DNA of 64,000 nucleotides from Heteronotia binoei (taxonomy: Eukaryota): the NCBI RefSeq assembly GCF_032191835.1, contig NC_083237.1, forward strand, positions 49,848,001-49,912,000. The letters run 5' to 3'. The notes beneath the pieces are model-generated. The model searched no databases and was not told where the DNA came from. It worked only from the letters and a program-made list of their open reading frames with translations. A program made the position numbers and the translations under genes. How positions within the stretch are numbered: the stretch's first letter is position 1; each line of letters opens with the position of its first letter. Shown in pieces: positions 47,288-61,399 of this stretch.

Positions 47288-47470
47288 NNNNNNNNNNNNN
47301 NNNNNNNNNNNNNNNNNNNNNNNNNNNNNNNNNNNNNNNNNNNNNNNNNNNNNNNNNNNNNNNNNNNNNNNNNNNNNNNNNNNNNNNNNNNNNNNNNNNN
47401 NNNNNNNNNNNNNNNNNNNNNNNNNNNNNNNNNNNNNNNNNNNNNNNNNNNNNNNNNNNNNNNNNNNNNN
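47288..47470. other. assembly gap (183 N) inside the HOXB7 intron
   Basis: Run of N. Confidence 1.
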
Positions 47471-49323
47471 TTGAGGATACATACCTTATAAATCTCCTAT
47501 ACATTCTCACTCATCTCTTTACCAACTCTTCCACAGCTCGCTCACCTTGTTCCCTACCCCTGCGATTTCTAGGAGTCCTTCTCTACAGATACATCCACTA
47601 CCCAGTAGCTTTTAAAATAAATTTTGGGAAGCTGGAAGGCCGAAGGCTAGAGGCGCCATTCCGGATCAGGTTTATATAGGCAAACTGCAGGGACGCAGGA
47701 GCAATATTGTGGAGGGGGTGGGGGAGATAGAGAGAAGGGGAAGGGGAGGTGCTATTAAGGCACTTCTCCAAGTAAAGGTGTTTTGCTTTCTATTTTTACC
47801 TGATTTATTAATACGGTTTACAGATGATCTTTCAGAATCCAGGTCGTGTGTGTGTTTTAATACATGTGTGTGTGTGTGTGTGTGTGTGGAGGTGGGGGAC
47901 ACCAATTTAAGCATAATTCTTTTTCTTCCTCCACTGTTTTTTTGAAAGGCGGGCTGCTGAGGGCAGGACAGGATGGTCAGTGAGTGGCCGGGGGTAGAGT
48001 CGAGATGTCTCCAGCGCCGTGCAGTTTGAGGAGGGCACATTCTCACTCCTCCCTGGATTCTTTGCCTGTTCTCAGCACTAAATCGGCCTTCCAGATAGCC
48101 CTTTCTCTCCTTATCCCCCTCCCTCCCGCAACTTCTCCTTTCATCTTTCTTGTCTGGTCTTGGTGATAGATCTAGGAGACTCCGTTGGCGAACCGGAGAA
48201 TGTGTCTCCCCATTCAAGAGAAGTTTATGGCGCTGCCTTGAACACATTTTACAACCCCACATTCCACAGACATCTTAGCCCCCCCCACCCCTTTTTATAG
48301 CAGGACTGGCTTTTCGACTGTCCCTTTCTGAAACAGAGGGACTATCACTGTCCACCCCCCCCCCCAAGGCTCCCCCACCCTGGTAAACAATTTAAAAAAA
48401 AAACATCAAAAGCTCCAATGGTGTTTTGGATGAACGGTGTAGGCTGGTTTTCTGACGGCCTAGGAGAAACAAAACAAAACAAAACTCCGGAAACTTTTGT
48501 CTATTTGCGAGCAAACAGCGCCAAGTCTGTTTTGCAGGATCATACCCATAAGAGGACTCCAAGAAACGACGGGGAGGGGAAAAGAATCGGTTAAAAACCC
48601 AAGAGATTCTTTGGACGCTCGAGTAAATAGCTGTGGTCAGAGACGTGACTCTTGCTTTAAGGAATTCCCATCTCGACGGACTTATCCAGCTTCTGAATTC
48701 CCTAATGGTGAAAGGAAAAAAAAGACAACAAAGACATTTCCCCCCTCCAGACACTTAAAACATGCATACGATCTGAACTAGGAAGGAAACGAGATTACAC
48801 ACAAGTTATTATTAAATTATTGCTGTTGCAGCTTCTGGATGGGAAAAGTCGACCAGATGTGGGAATAAACTATCAGAGAGATGCCCTCCTTCGAATGAGT
48901 ACCTTTCAGTTATATCCTCACTAATAAGGCTGAGTAGAGCCACGCTTAAGAGAAGGTAAACAACTCATCCTGTGCATTTTAATATAATGTATCCCCCCCC
49001 CCCCATACACACACATCTCAAAAAAACGTTTTTCGAGGAGGGCGAGGGACATATACTTTAAAGCAGAACAACCCCCCCACTCCCAAGCCCCTCTGTGGCA
49101 AATGCCATCCCATAAAATTGCAATCCTATGACCAGTCGACTGGGAAAGAAGTCCATGCGCAGATCCGGCTATACAGAAGAGAAAAGAGACCTATTATGAG
49201 ACGGTAGATTTGAAACAGCAAGTGGCTTTTCATGAAATTTGCATTATGGTGGCAGAAGCAATGCAGAATATTTGTGGAATATGTTCTAACTTTGATCTCT
49301 CATGCAGTATTTATTTATTTATA

Positions 49324-49398
49324 TCCTTCCTTCCTTCCTTCCTTCCTTCCTTCCTTCCTTCCTTCCTTCCTTCCTTCCTTCCTCCTTCCTTCCTTCCT
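49324..49398. repeat. (CTTC)n microsatellite
   Basis: Tandem cttc. Confidence 0.93.
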
Positions 49399-49594
49399 CT
49401 TTATTTATAAACCATCTTTGCAACAAATGCAAGCTTCTATCACCTTTGTTCAGCTAGGAGGACCTGAAAGGTAAACAGATCAGTGAATCCACACTGGGCT
49501 ACCATAATGTGTGGTAGAATATTACACCCAGAATCCATATCAAGAGCTTTAAATCGAACTAATCGGGGTCTGGTTTCTTTTCTTTTTGAAACAG

Positions 49595-49855
<261 letters not shown>

Positions 49856-50098
49856 AAGATGGGTGGGTGGGTGGGAAGAGTAGGGGAGGGGGGGCAAAGA
49901 GAGTGAGAGTGAAAAGAAGAGAGAGGTGGATGAGAAGTGTGAGGAACAAATTGACTGCCACTGTCCAGAAAGTTAAAGCAAGGCACGGATCCTTAAAAAA
50001 AATTAAAAATTAACGAATAAAGACTGTACATTTAGACAAGAAACGAATACATCCAAGCAAAGGGAATGGATGTTCTCTTCTGTTTCTTGGCTCTTGGA

Positions 50099-50165
50099 AA
50101 ACTACCTATATTAACATTTCTCGCTTTTTCTTTTGTACAACAACAATGGAAAATAAATCTACCTA
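50099..50165 (+). promoter_or_regulatory. two miR-196 seed sites in the HOXB7 3'UTR
   Basis: AAACTACCTA 50099-50108 (pairs nt 1-10) and CTACCTA 50159-50165 preceded by caacaac. Confidence 0.75.
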
Positions 50166-50214
50166 TTCAATGTCTCTTTAGAATCAAAGATAGATCATTT
50201 TGTTTTCCTCTGTG

Positions 50215-50298
50215 GGTCTTCATATCTAGTTCCATGTATTTGTAAATTTTCTTGTTGGTCTTCATATCTAGTTCCATGTATTTGTAAATTTTCTTGTT
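50215..50298. repeat. perfect 42-bp tandem duplication
   Basis: ggtcttcatatctagttccatgtatttgtaaattttcttgtt x2. Confidence 0.95.
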
Positions 50299-53200
50299 GG
50301 TTTTTTTTTTTTTAGAAATATTCTTTTGTTGTGTAATTTTAAAAAATGGTATATGAAGTGGAAAAAGTGGATGTGATTAGCACTTTTCTTTAGGAAAACA
50401 TGAACTCCGAACTTATGAAGGGAACAAAATACTTAAAACGTAACATGATGTACATATTTCTATGAGATTCCTGTACTTCTCTTTTCCTCCCCTCTTGGTA
50501 GATTTGTGCATCTAGTCTGGTTACCCGTGCTGTATTTTATATTTTAAATTTTTTTGCTTGTTTGTTTATGTTGGTGTATATTTTTACATGTTCCGACAAT
50601 GGACCACTTCCTTAAGGCAGTCGCTAGAGGGGGGAAAAAAAACCCCGAAATTAATATTGTGCGGAGTAAACCGATGTATATGATAGATAGCAAATAATTT
50701 AATAGTTGGCCAAGCCTTTTTATTCGTATTTTGTGATTACTATTGCGTAGAAAGGGGGGGCATTAAAAATAACCTTACTGAATATAATCTGAAATGAGTT
50801 GGGTCTTCATTTGGGTCGCTTGTTTGAGTGCTCGTGAACGGATGCGGTCGTTTTGCATGGGAGCGATCCTTGCTAAACATTGGTCTCGTGCAATCCATGG
50901 ACGGTTGGGCGATTCTTGCTTCCCTGGGGCTTGCCCAGGAAAACTTCCTCCTAAATTAGCGATGTAGGGTGTGTGTCCTCTCAGGTCAATTTCTGGATTT
51001 TTTTTTAAATGGATTTCCTTGCTGAACCAGTCCGTTGTTTTACATCTTGTGGTAGTTCGGTGCAGTGTTAAAAATAATAATAAAACCATTCGGTTTAACC
51101 CCAGTGTAAAAGCACGGTGCTAACCACAGTAGTTATTACAAATCATGGACGGTGGGGGGGGGGGGGGATAAACTCTGGCTAAGAACATACATGCGCATTA
51201 CATCCTATCTGAGGACTTTACTCCTAGAGCGAACGTCTAAGCTTTTCTGACTCCCTCATGAAGCAAAGAGACAACAAGACGAAGGAATATCGACAATAAT
51301 AACCACTAAAATAATACCTTCGGGCGGGAAACTACGCAAGGCCTTGGGATTGGTTTCCTCAGCTTTCCCCTCTCCCATAATTTCAGTAGTTTTATTGAAA
51401 ACAACCCCCCCAAAAAACCTCCTCATTTCTGCCATTACAGACAAAATAAAGCTTAACATTAAAAAAAACAGGAATATAAAATAAATGGAAACAATAAAGC
51501 ATAGGAAACTTGCGTGATAAAAACAACCAATTTCAGATAATATCAACATATCCCTTACAATATTTTTCCCACCTTTTAATTGGATTTTGAACCCACACGA
51601 TTTCCTGGAATGTACTGTATATAGATTTCAGCTCTAAAATGGAATAATCGGAAATAAAAAGGTGACAGTTGGGAGGGGGCAAAGGAATGATTATTTTTCC
51701 CCTTTGTTTTTCGTCCTGTATCTACATAAGCAAATTGAAGTATTCAGTATTTTCGGTGATTCCCCCTCCCCCCAAAAAAATCTATCTCCCCCCCCCCCTT
51801 TTTTAAAAAAAGAAAATGCTCTCTCTCAGCATATCCGTGATCCCCACCCTCAAAAAAGACACAGATAACGTTTATAAAGAAAAGGAAGGTTTCTCGCTGT
51901 TAGGTTCGTTGCCCTACCCCTCAAAAAGACCAAGGGGCCAAGAACCCGGGCATTTTAGATAAATATGTCAGGTCAATAGACCTTCTGGATGATATTTAGG
52001 GAAATGATATATTATGTAGGTATTAGGTAGGTCTTTTTTCATACAGATGTGCCAAACATCCCTAAATATACAGGGTGTATTTGCCTTCACGAATTTGTGT
52101 GAATATGTGTCAGATGTCCATATCTGCGAATGTGCCTACTTGCTGTATGTATTCATCTGCAGTATGTGTCATATAGACAATAAGGTACACACACGCCCAC
52201 CAATATGGATGCTATAGCCAAACAGGAGGCTCAAATAAAATAACGTACCAGCAAAATGTTTGGGTATGCTCTGATACGGAGATTTGGGCTTATAGCCACA
52301 TACACAGGATTGTGATCAAGCGCGCTGGTCCACGGATCTGTCCATGTTAAACGAAAACGGGGTGCGATATTCAACCCTCAGGGCAAGCGAAACCAATACA
52401 GGGTGCGGTATTATTCTGACTCCTTGAAAAACTGAAACAAAGAAAAAATCAAAAACACAAACCAACAAATAAATGGCAAGATCTTGTTGCTTCCTTGGCC
52501 AAAACGCTGTGATTCGTTTGCCCTTGTCCACAAGCGAAAACTGGACCCCCGTCGCCCACCTATTACGAATTTGCTGCATTGGACCACTGCTATTGTTTCC
52601 GTGGCATGTACCACTGCGGTAGTGGACGCTTCTGGAAGCAGCAGTGCGCCTGTGCGGGCTCTCCTTCCCCTGTGTTATGGCTGTACAGCTGTATCTTTAA
52701 TTCCAGATATACATATACACCTACGTATACGAATGGGCGCTGACTCGAGGAATAGCTTTGAATGTCTGTCTGTCCGTCTACAACGCAACTTGGGTCGTTT
52801 TATGATCCAAAAACTCAATCTCTTCCAACAGTGTTTGGGGGGGGGTGGGGGGGTGGGAGGTGTGGGCGGAATCAACACTGTAAATTCTCGGTGAATTTCC
52901 GGAAGAGAAACCGCCTGGATTTAGAAACATCAAGCGGTTTAAGAAGAAAAGAACAAATAGATTGAAATAATAGGAAATGCACTCCAGTCTTAGAAAAGAC
53001 CCATTGGAAACAAAAACATGGCTGGTTTCCTGAGTCGAATAATGAGTTTCTTCATTTTTTAAAAAAAATGTACATTCAGGCAAACACACACCCATCCACG
53101 CACACACCCCTATAGAAATGAAAAAAAAAAAAAAAATAACAAGGTTCTTTGGCGACTGAAATGCTCTGGCAAATCTTCTAAAAAGAGGCTGTTTTAACCT

Positions 53201-53305
53201 TGAGTATCAGGGGGCTGTTGGAGACCCCCGTCGAGAAGTGGAGGGGGGGGGGGGGCCTTGCGAAATCTTTGCATATTCTTCTCTTCGAGTTTTTTAAAAA
53301 AAGAA

Positions 53306-53495
53306 AAGATGGCGGCGGAGAAAAAGACTGCTGTTAAAAGCAGTCATGAAGAAATGCATAAATTCCTTGTTGTTTTATGAAAATTTACAACTTTGTGATA
53401 GAACTTTATGAGTGGCTGGGTTCTGCGATTGGCCAGAGCTGGTCATGTGGCCTGCTAACCGTGAACATGAACTTTTTATGATTTCCCATGTGGTT
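53306..53495 (+). promoter_or_regulatory. HOXB7-HOXB6 intergenic element, probably the paralogous 'four-cluster sequence' / upstream promoter
   Basis: YY1 AAGATGGCGGC 53306-53316, four TTTATG-type motifs (one as cataaa), tttacaac, reverse CCAAT and E-box gtcatgtg within 190 bp. Confidence 0.6.
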
Positions 53496-55424
53496 ATTCT
53501 ACCATTCTTTTGGCCGCTGTATCTTGGGGTCGGATCACTGTCCTCTGTAGGACTCTCGCCTCTTTAAACATTTTTTTTTACTTACATGTGTAAGCTCGAT
53601 AGGGCTAAAAATAGAGGAGAGAAGGAGGATACACTCACACACACACACACACATTCACTCACTCATGCACGCACGCACCACACAGACACACACATATCCA
53701 GGAGTGAGTTTAGACTGCGACTATTATCGATTTCCTCCCTCCCCTTCCTAATTTCCTGGGCTAAATTTCCGTGCTGATTTGGGAGAAAGTGTGTGTGTGT
53801 GTGTGTGTGTGGTGAGGGGAGTCTTGCTCTGTCTAGTGATGGAGAGGGAGAGGGAGAATCGGTACCGATGGAGGCTTTTGTCATACTTCAAAGAGGGAAG
53901 TTACTCCATTTTCTGTGCAAAAAAAAAAAAAAAAAATAGGAGGACTCGGGCAAAGGAAAAGCTCTCAGAAGTCGCAATGGAGGGCTCTCGAGTTGGGACA
54001 ATATTTGCCAGCTAACACATTAAAAAGCAAACGCAGTTCTATTCTCCCCCCTTCTCCTCCTCCTCATCTTCCTCCCTCCTCTCCTTATCCACAGAATGAT
54101 GGGCGCCGAAAGGTAAGCGAATATATTTATCATTTTCCTTTTCTTGTGGAGTTAATATTGGTGATATTGGAGGGTGATGTGCATCGAAGCGATCGTCTTA
54201 TTCTGCCTTGAAAAGGATACAGGAAAAATAAAGGGGTGTGTGTGTGTGTGTGTGAAGGAATGTGTCATGGCTTGTCCTCTCTTCTGTAAGTGACCTCCTT
54301 TAAGAAATGAAATAGAAGGGTTGGAAGAAGGAAGGAAGGGCAATTTGTTGCTATAAGAATGAGGCTTTTTAATATTCGTCGCACCTGAACGCGGTCTCTA
54401 AAGAGAATTTCTGCAGCATCCCAGTCTAGGAAACCTGCGCTTGGAACACTTGAAAATAAATCTAGCAGCTTTTCCTCCTGACCCCCCCTTTTCCCAACCT
54501 CTTCTCCAACACCCCCCCCCCACACACACCCTCCGAAAACCGATCTTGCCGGAGTTGCTTTGTCCTCAATCCAATCCACTCTTTCGAGGAAGTTTTTGTA
54601 CTGAAACCAGTTGGATTAGATGCTTCTCTCCAGGGTCTTCCGCTACGGTGTGCGAGATTTTTCTTCCAGCTGTGGGGGGGGGGGGGGAGAAGAGGAATAT
54701 AGGGTAAATTATATATATATATATATATATGCAATTGATGAAAATAACATGGCACACTTTTTGGTTTTTTTTTTTAAATGATAGTAAATGCTAAATGAAA
54801 GGGAGTGAATATGCTAAATGGACTTCGATCCAGTCGAATTGATTGCATGGATTTTTTAAGTGCATGTGTATAAAATAAGTGTGTGTGTGTGTGTGTGTGT
54901 GTATGAGAGAGAGAGAGAATGTTTCTTTGAGTATTTGAAGCACTTGTTTTTTTCCATTTTTCCATTGTTCAGAGACTTGAGAAGTTGTTGGGGAAAAAAC
55001 GTTTTCTTGTACCCTGCAAGTATACCAAAATATTTTAAAGGAAGAAAATGTTTAGAGAGAAAGGATTTTTCAAATATTTCATGCCAAATTAACTGTTATT
55101 ATTATGTAATGTCTGTGTTTTAAAGTGTGTGTATGTGTGGTTTTTTTTAAAAAAATATAACTAGCTATTATTTGAACAAATATATGCAGCCTAGGAACTG
55201 ATTGCTGTTTCTAGTGACCTAGAAGTTACTTAATGTTTTTAAAATAAGATAAGAAAGAGAACACCTTTAACCCTATTAACTTCCGCTGTTGTATTTTTTA
55301 AAAATACTGTTCATTATAAGTACCTCTAGCTACCATGAAAACGAGAAAGAAAGCTGAGAACTTGTGGACAAAATTATTTTGCGTAATGATGACAGTCCGA
55401 CATTGGTGTGTGGCGCTCTTTCTT

Positions 55425-55468
<44 letters not shown>

Positions 55469-58028
55469 GCTCTGCTGAATAGATTTTGACCCGCGAGTAA
55501 ATCTCTGCCCGAACTCTCCAGATGTTCTGCAATATTCTAAATCTACCTTGTACATACTTTAATCACTGCTGCTCTTATGCTCTGCTCAACTCTGGCGCAT
55601 CCTCGGTCGGTTTCAGCAGAGATTGCGCTGGGGGGGGGAGGATGACGCCCTAAACGTTTCCAGATAAGTTGCTAATTGCGGAATTCTTATCGTTTAAACA
55701 CCGAAGTGTTTATCTGCTTCCATCCACGCCCTCCACCCCACCCGCCACACACACCAAAACCCCCAGAAAGTCGGATTTCATTTCTGTGTTTTCCCTGCTT
55801 CTGTCTGGCCTCCGCTCATTCGATGTTATTTGCTGCCATCTACCGCCTAACTCGAGAACTCTTCGGTTTTGTTCCCGTACTTTTACAGTGATTAATTCCC
55901 ATGAAAACTAGTTTAACTAAACCGAGGTTTTCATTTTCTACAGTTAATATATTTTTGTCATGTAACGCATTAGGCCATGGCTCACGCGGTCTGGAAACGG
56001 AGCCGAAGAGAATTTTCCATCCATCCATCCAGTCATTCAAAAAACAAAACAAAAAGAATACGCCTAGCTTTAGAAGATATTGTTTTCGTTTTTTCGCTCC
56101 TGTGAAATAACTTCCACGCTGTTTGAGATTTTTAAATCCATGCTCCGGGGTGGAATTTGGGCATGCGCCAACGTGTGTGTGTTTTACTAGAATGACATAT
56201 TTTTATTTCAAGAAAGGAATAGCCTTGGATACTTTGGTCAGTGTTTGAAAGGCGAAAAAAAAAATATTACTGGTTGTTTCTCGGCTCGAATGTTTGTGTC
56301 TGGCTTAGCTTCTACTCGCGTGAGCAAACGTCTAGTGGTGTCTAGAGGAACAGGGGGGTGGAGAGGTTTGGGGTCTATATATAAACGGAGCATGATGGAT
56401 GGCCGCGAGTTACAGTGGTTTGAGAAAGAACAATGTCCGTCTCTCTTGCGCCATATTTCCGTTATGCGAAAGCAGGAGGTGTTTGGAGCAGTCTCTACTC
56501 TCTCCTTCTCCTCAGGGCCTTTCTTGAACTGCCCTACCCCACCAGCACATCGGGTGGGCGCAGCCCTCTGGGAAGTTCTCCTGCGCAAGTGCTCCTTCAA
56601 CGAACGAGGGCTTCCGCCAGAGAACTTTCCGCGGGACTCTGACCTTATTCCTCTTCCCTGCTCAAGCTTTCTCCTCGTCCGGCAGCCAGCCGACCCTTCC
56701 TTCCTTTAGGGTCTGGTCTCTCGTCTCGTGTTTGGCAGTCCCCGCTTCCCTTCACTTGCGGTCGGAGGGCGTCGAACAAAATGGAGGCAGTTCAAACACA
56801 GGCGCGCACATACACCAACTTTCACCCAAATGGCCATTTCCCCCTTTCGCTAATTATTAAGCTAAACTCTTTTGAGGAAAGGATGAAGAGTGGTTTCTTT
56901 TTTTTTCCCCTCCCTCCCCCTTTTGGGGTCTGTATGAGCCCATTAGCGAGATTATTATACCCTGCAGAGGAAGCCAGGTAAATTAAACGCAAATGACTGG
57001 AAATTAAGTTTCGAATTGTTATGTGCTTGGAAAAGAGGGAGAATGTATATATATCAAGAACCTGCCTTCAGGGGTCATAGCCGCCAGCCATGTGGGGAAT
57101 CTGGACTTCTTGGGCCTGGAGTTTGGAGGGGGTGGGCTACCTATATGACAAAGGGAAGTCCTGGGAAGAGCTTTATGATCCCAAATAAAGTCATGAAGCT
57201 ATTCAACCCTCTGTGTGTGTGTTTAAGGCCAGTTTTTAACTTTTATGGTACCAATATAAGTCTCTTTTCTGCCAAGAAGGCCTGCTGGTTTCACACTTCT
57301 CAAGGGTTTTTGTTTTTGTTTTTGGTTATTTAAGGAAGATGCTTTGTTGTTGTTGTTGTTGTTGTTGTTGAAAGGGGATGCCACTTCCCCCTACTCTGCT
57401 TCAAGTTTCTGGACTTTTCCTGAACTTTAAAATCTTTCCCACAAAGCAATTCCTTGGTCCCCTTTGCAGAGGGGGGGTGTGGTGGAGTTTGGGTGTAATT
57501 TTAATCCTCCTCCTTCATCTGCCCTTCCATCTATTCCTTCTCCTTTTTAATAGTTGGCGTCTGGGAATCAGAGATGGCAAAAACGGGAGGGGAGGAGAGG
57601 AAGGGGTAGGAGAGAAAGCAGAAACCTGAGGCACTTCCCCATCTGAAGGCAGCTGTAAATAAATCCCTTTAATCTTAATTTCTCTTCTGCCCCTTTGAGT
57701 TATGCCCTGCTCTGGTCTAGATGGATTCCCCGGGCCCAAGGAAGGCACATGCTGGTGCGTTCTATGCAACAGGAAGGAGTGCTTCTTTTTTCCTGCTCTT
57801 AGAGATACTTTCAAATAATGTCATGATATGAAATATTATTAATTCAAGAACATTTTAAGATGGAGGCCCTGAACAGAAGGGAATCTGTTAAGGGACCAGG
57901 TTAGTATTGTTGCTGCACTACTGTCTCTTGTGGTGGTGATGGTGGCGGTAGCAGTAATGATAATATTAAAAACAAGAAGAATGGAACAGCAAGAATCCTG
58001 TAAAAATACATCTTCATTTCCCAAGAAC

Positions 58029-58029
<1 letters not shown>

Positions 58030-58075
<46 letters not shown>
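58030..58075. repeat. (AAT)n microsatellite
   Basis: Tandem aat. Confidence 0.95.
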
Positions 58076-59496
58076 TTCTCTTCCAGAAGGCAATTCTACA
58101 AAGACACACAGGTACACAAACAGTAGAATACCTTGCCCAAGTCTTTCAAAATGCCTACTATGATACATTAAAAAGTATAAATGATCTCAGTTAACTATCT
58201 CATTCATGTTACCCCTCCCTCCCAAAATACTTGCCAGATGGATTGAAACACCTGTGCTTTGCCTGTGAACAATCTCTCAGGTAACAGCAACCATTTTTTT
58301 CTCCCACTGAACAAAAAAACGCTTGAGATATGTTACTCCCAAGGTTTATTCCACCCCTCCCCCTGACTTTAAAATGATTTAGGAGAACGTCTTGATGTGT
58401 TATTGTTTTTACTTGAGTAACGGGTAAAAGTTTTTAAAATTAATGTGAATCAGTTACAATCTGTGCTTCTTTTTAAGGGGGGGGGGGACGAGGCGCCTAC
58501 CTTTCTAGGCATTGAATTGTGGTTTATTAGAAAGAGAATTTCGCTCGTGATCCTCCACCAGGTTTTGTGTGTGTGCGTGGGTGTGAAAGAAGAAGAAAAA
58601 ATAGAGATATTTCAAACAAGTTTGAAACCCTAAAGTTCCCTTAATCGTAAACACAAATGTAAAAAGACGGAATTGCTCTGTATAAAATTTCCCATTATAT
58701 CTGCCCCAACACACGCACACACATGCACACCCCACATTTCTCAGGGCATTTTGTAAAAAAAAAAAAAAGCCAGGTTCCAAAGGTTACAAACCAAGGAGCT
58801 AATTTACTCACTCGTTTCAACACTTAAGCATTCAGACCTCAAAGATTAATCCAGATATTCTTGTGGCAGACGCTGAAGAGCTGTGTTGCTTTCATATCCC
58901 TCAAATAAAGTATTTTTGTAATCAGTTCAACTTTCTCCCCACCTCTCCCTCCCTTCAATCCCTTTTGTTTTCCCACACCAATAAAGCAGACCTATTTAAA
59001 GTTTTGTTGAGTGGGGGAGAGAGAAAGAGACCTACAGGAACCAATATCACAGGAGCAGAACCATTCCCCCCCCCCCCTACACACACACTTCCTTTGCCTG
59101 TTATTTCCTCCAATTTTAAGAATAACGTCCAGGGCTGCGATGAAACCATGTGGACTTCCTTGCCATTCGAGACCAGATTCATGACAAATGAAAGCAGGAA
59201 CCCACTAAGCCCTTCTCTGGCTTCTTCGTCGTCGTTGTGGAAAATTCGCAAGGGTTATTCTATACGGATCATATAGCCATGTAAATCGATCTGGGAGCAA
59301 TTGTGTTTGTGTGGCGCATCCTAAGAGCAGAGCAGAGCCTCTGTAAGGGAGAGATGACGGATAGGTAGTTTGACTTACGTCCCCCGTTTGCTCAAATTGC
59401 CATGGAGTCTATTTTGTTGATATAAAGTTTCGGGTAAACTGAAGAGGTACATAATGTTTGCATTGTTAGGCACGCGAAGGACGGTTTGGGATGCTG

Positions 59497-59754
59497 NNNN
59501 NNNNNNNNNNNNNNNNNNNNNNNNNNNNNNNNNNNNNNNNNNNNNNNNNNNNNNNNNNNNNNNNNNNNNNNNNNNNNNNNNNNNNNNNNNNNNNNNNNNN
59601 NNNNNNNNNNNNNNNNNNNNNNNNNNNNNNNNNNNNNNNNNNNNNNNNNNNNNNNNNNNNNNNNNNNNNNNNNNNNNNNNNNNNNNNNNNNNNNNNNNNN
59701 NNNNNNNNNNNNNNNNNNNNNNNNNNNNNNNNNNNNNNNNNNNNNNNNNNNNNN
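59497..59754. other. assembly gap (258 N)
   Basis: Run of N. Confidence 1.
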
Positions 59755-61399
59755 GCAGACTGGCAGACAGTATTGCTGGTACTGTAGTACTTGGCAGTAC
59801 GCGTTTAAATGGTTTCATTGTCAGAGGGATTTTTCCTCGAGCCCTCTTGAAGTGCCTTTGGTCACAACCCAAACACAATTCGTAAAGGGGATCAAATTGG
59901 AATGAAATTGGCCACCACGATAGTACAAATCTAGAGGAAGTGGGGAAGCAAGTGAATTATAACCTTCTCTGCCTTGGAGAGGGCTAGAGGAAGGGAAACA
60001 TGAAGGCGAACGCTCGAACTTCTGTCTTTGGGTGGTTGCTCCCCGGGTGCATCCAGTTCACCCTTTTAAAAAGAGTGGCGGGAGGACACAGAATTCTGCC
60101 TCATCCCCCCCCCCCCCATCCTGACTTAGATCCAGTCCAATTCTAAGAAAACAAACAAAGCACCCCTTCAAACACGCTAGGGAGGGGGCAGAAGAGATTT
60201 TCTGCCTTGCCGGGGTCTCCACAGTGAAAGGTTGAAGGTTCACCTCCTATCCACAACACCAGCCCCATCTACCACAGATGACCGTTCCCTGCTACCTTGA
60301 ACATCCCCCCTCCCGGTGCTTTGGTGATCGATAAAAGAGTCTTCTTGGTCGTTAGACCAACCCGCTGCCCTTAACTCTAAATTGCCCAAAGACCTGGCCT
60401 TAACCGTAAAAACGCAAGAGGGCACAGTTCTTTAAAGACCATGTCGAGCGGAGCTTTCTTCCAAGTCTCACCCATTCATCTTCCAGACTTTATAACTGGA
60501 TACCGGAGAAATTCCAAAGCAAGAATCGCGTTAGGGCTTGCGTTGTCATGTGTATGAGAGCTCCTTACACACCCACACACATACACACACACTCGTTCTG
60601 TTCTTTTATGAACATTAAACGGGAGTGTGTGTGTGGGGGGTGGGAATTAGGGCAGAGAGAACGTGTGACCAAAACGGATTCCTCTATCTGTCCCCACGAT
60701 CAATGCATTCAGGAAGGTCTTTTCAGATTGTTTTCAGAGTTTTTTTCTTAAAAAAAAATGCTTTGGAAAGTAGATCTCATGTTTGCACCCCTCTCTGGAA
60801 GTGGTCAAACTCGCACCTACCCCCTGCCGAAATCCCTCTCCTGCTGAGAATAGATTCTGTCCTTATATATTTAATTCTAAATTCTCTCGGTTTATACTTT
60901 GATTACCTCCACCTCTCCCCAAATCCAAAAGAACAAGATGAAAACAAGAGAGAAGAAATCCATACTAACAGCCCTGGTTTTCCAACCACGCAGGAAACTT
61001 CCAGAGGAGAACAAAAATCGCAGTGCCTCCCCCTTCCTCCGCCCCCCCCCCGCTCCCTCCCCGGTCCACAGCAGTCCTGGACTAAGTTCCATCTCGTTTG
61101 TTTTGCTTCTCGCCTTTAACATTTTTGTCCCCCCCTCCTCCTCGTCCTCCTTCACAATTTATTTATTAATTAGAAAACAAACAAACACAGCAAACTCCAG
61201 AATGTTTCGATTTATGTTCTCGCAGATAATTAGTATGTGGTTAAAGGGGGGGGAGGGGATCTATTTGTGTATATGGGGCGGGCGGGAGAGAGGGAGGGGG
61301 ACCCGGCGCGGTTCTCTTGTTCAAAAGTGATGGTTGTTGGTGGCAGGGATGCTTTGGCTGGTTTGTTCTAGGGGTGTCCCCTGCGCAAAGCTAACCCCT

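Noticed and set aside
51965-51990. Nuclear-receptor half-site AGGTCA with a nearby GACCT
   Set aside because: The spacing fits neither an ERE nor a DR5 RARE. I did not spot a canonical RARE elsewhere, but the scan was by eye.
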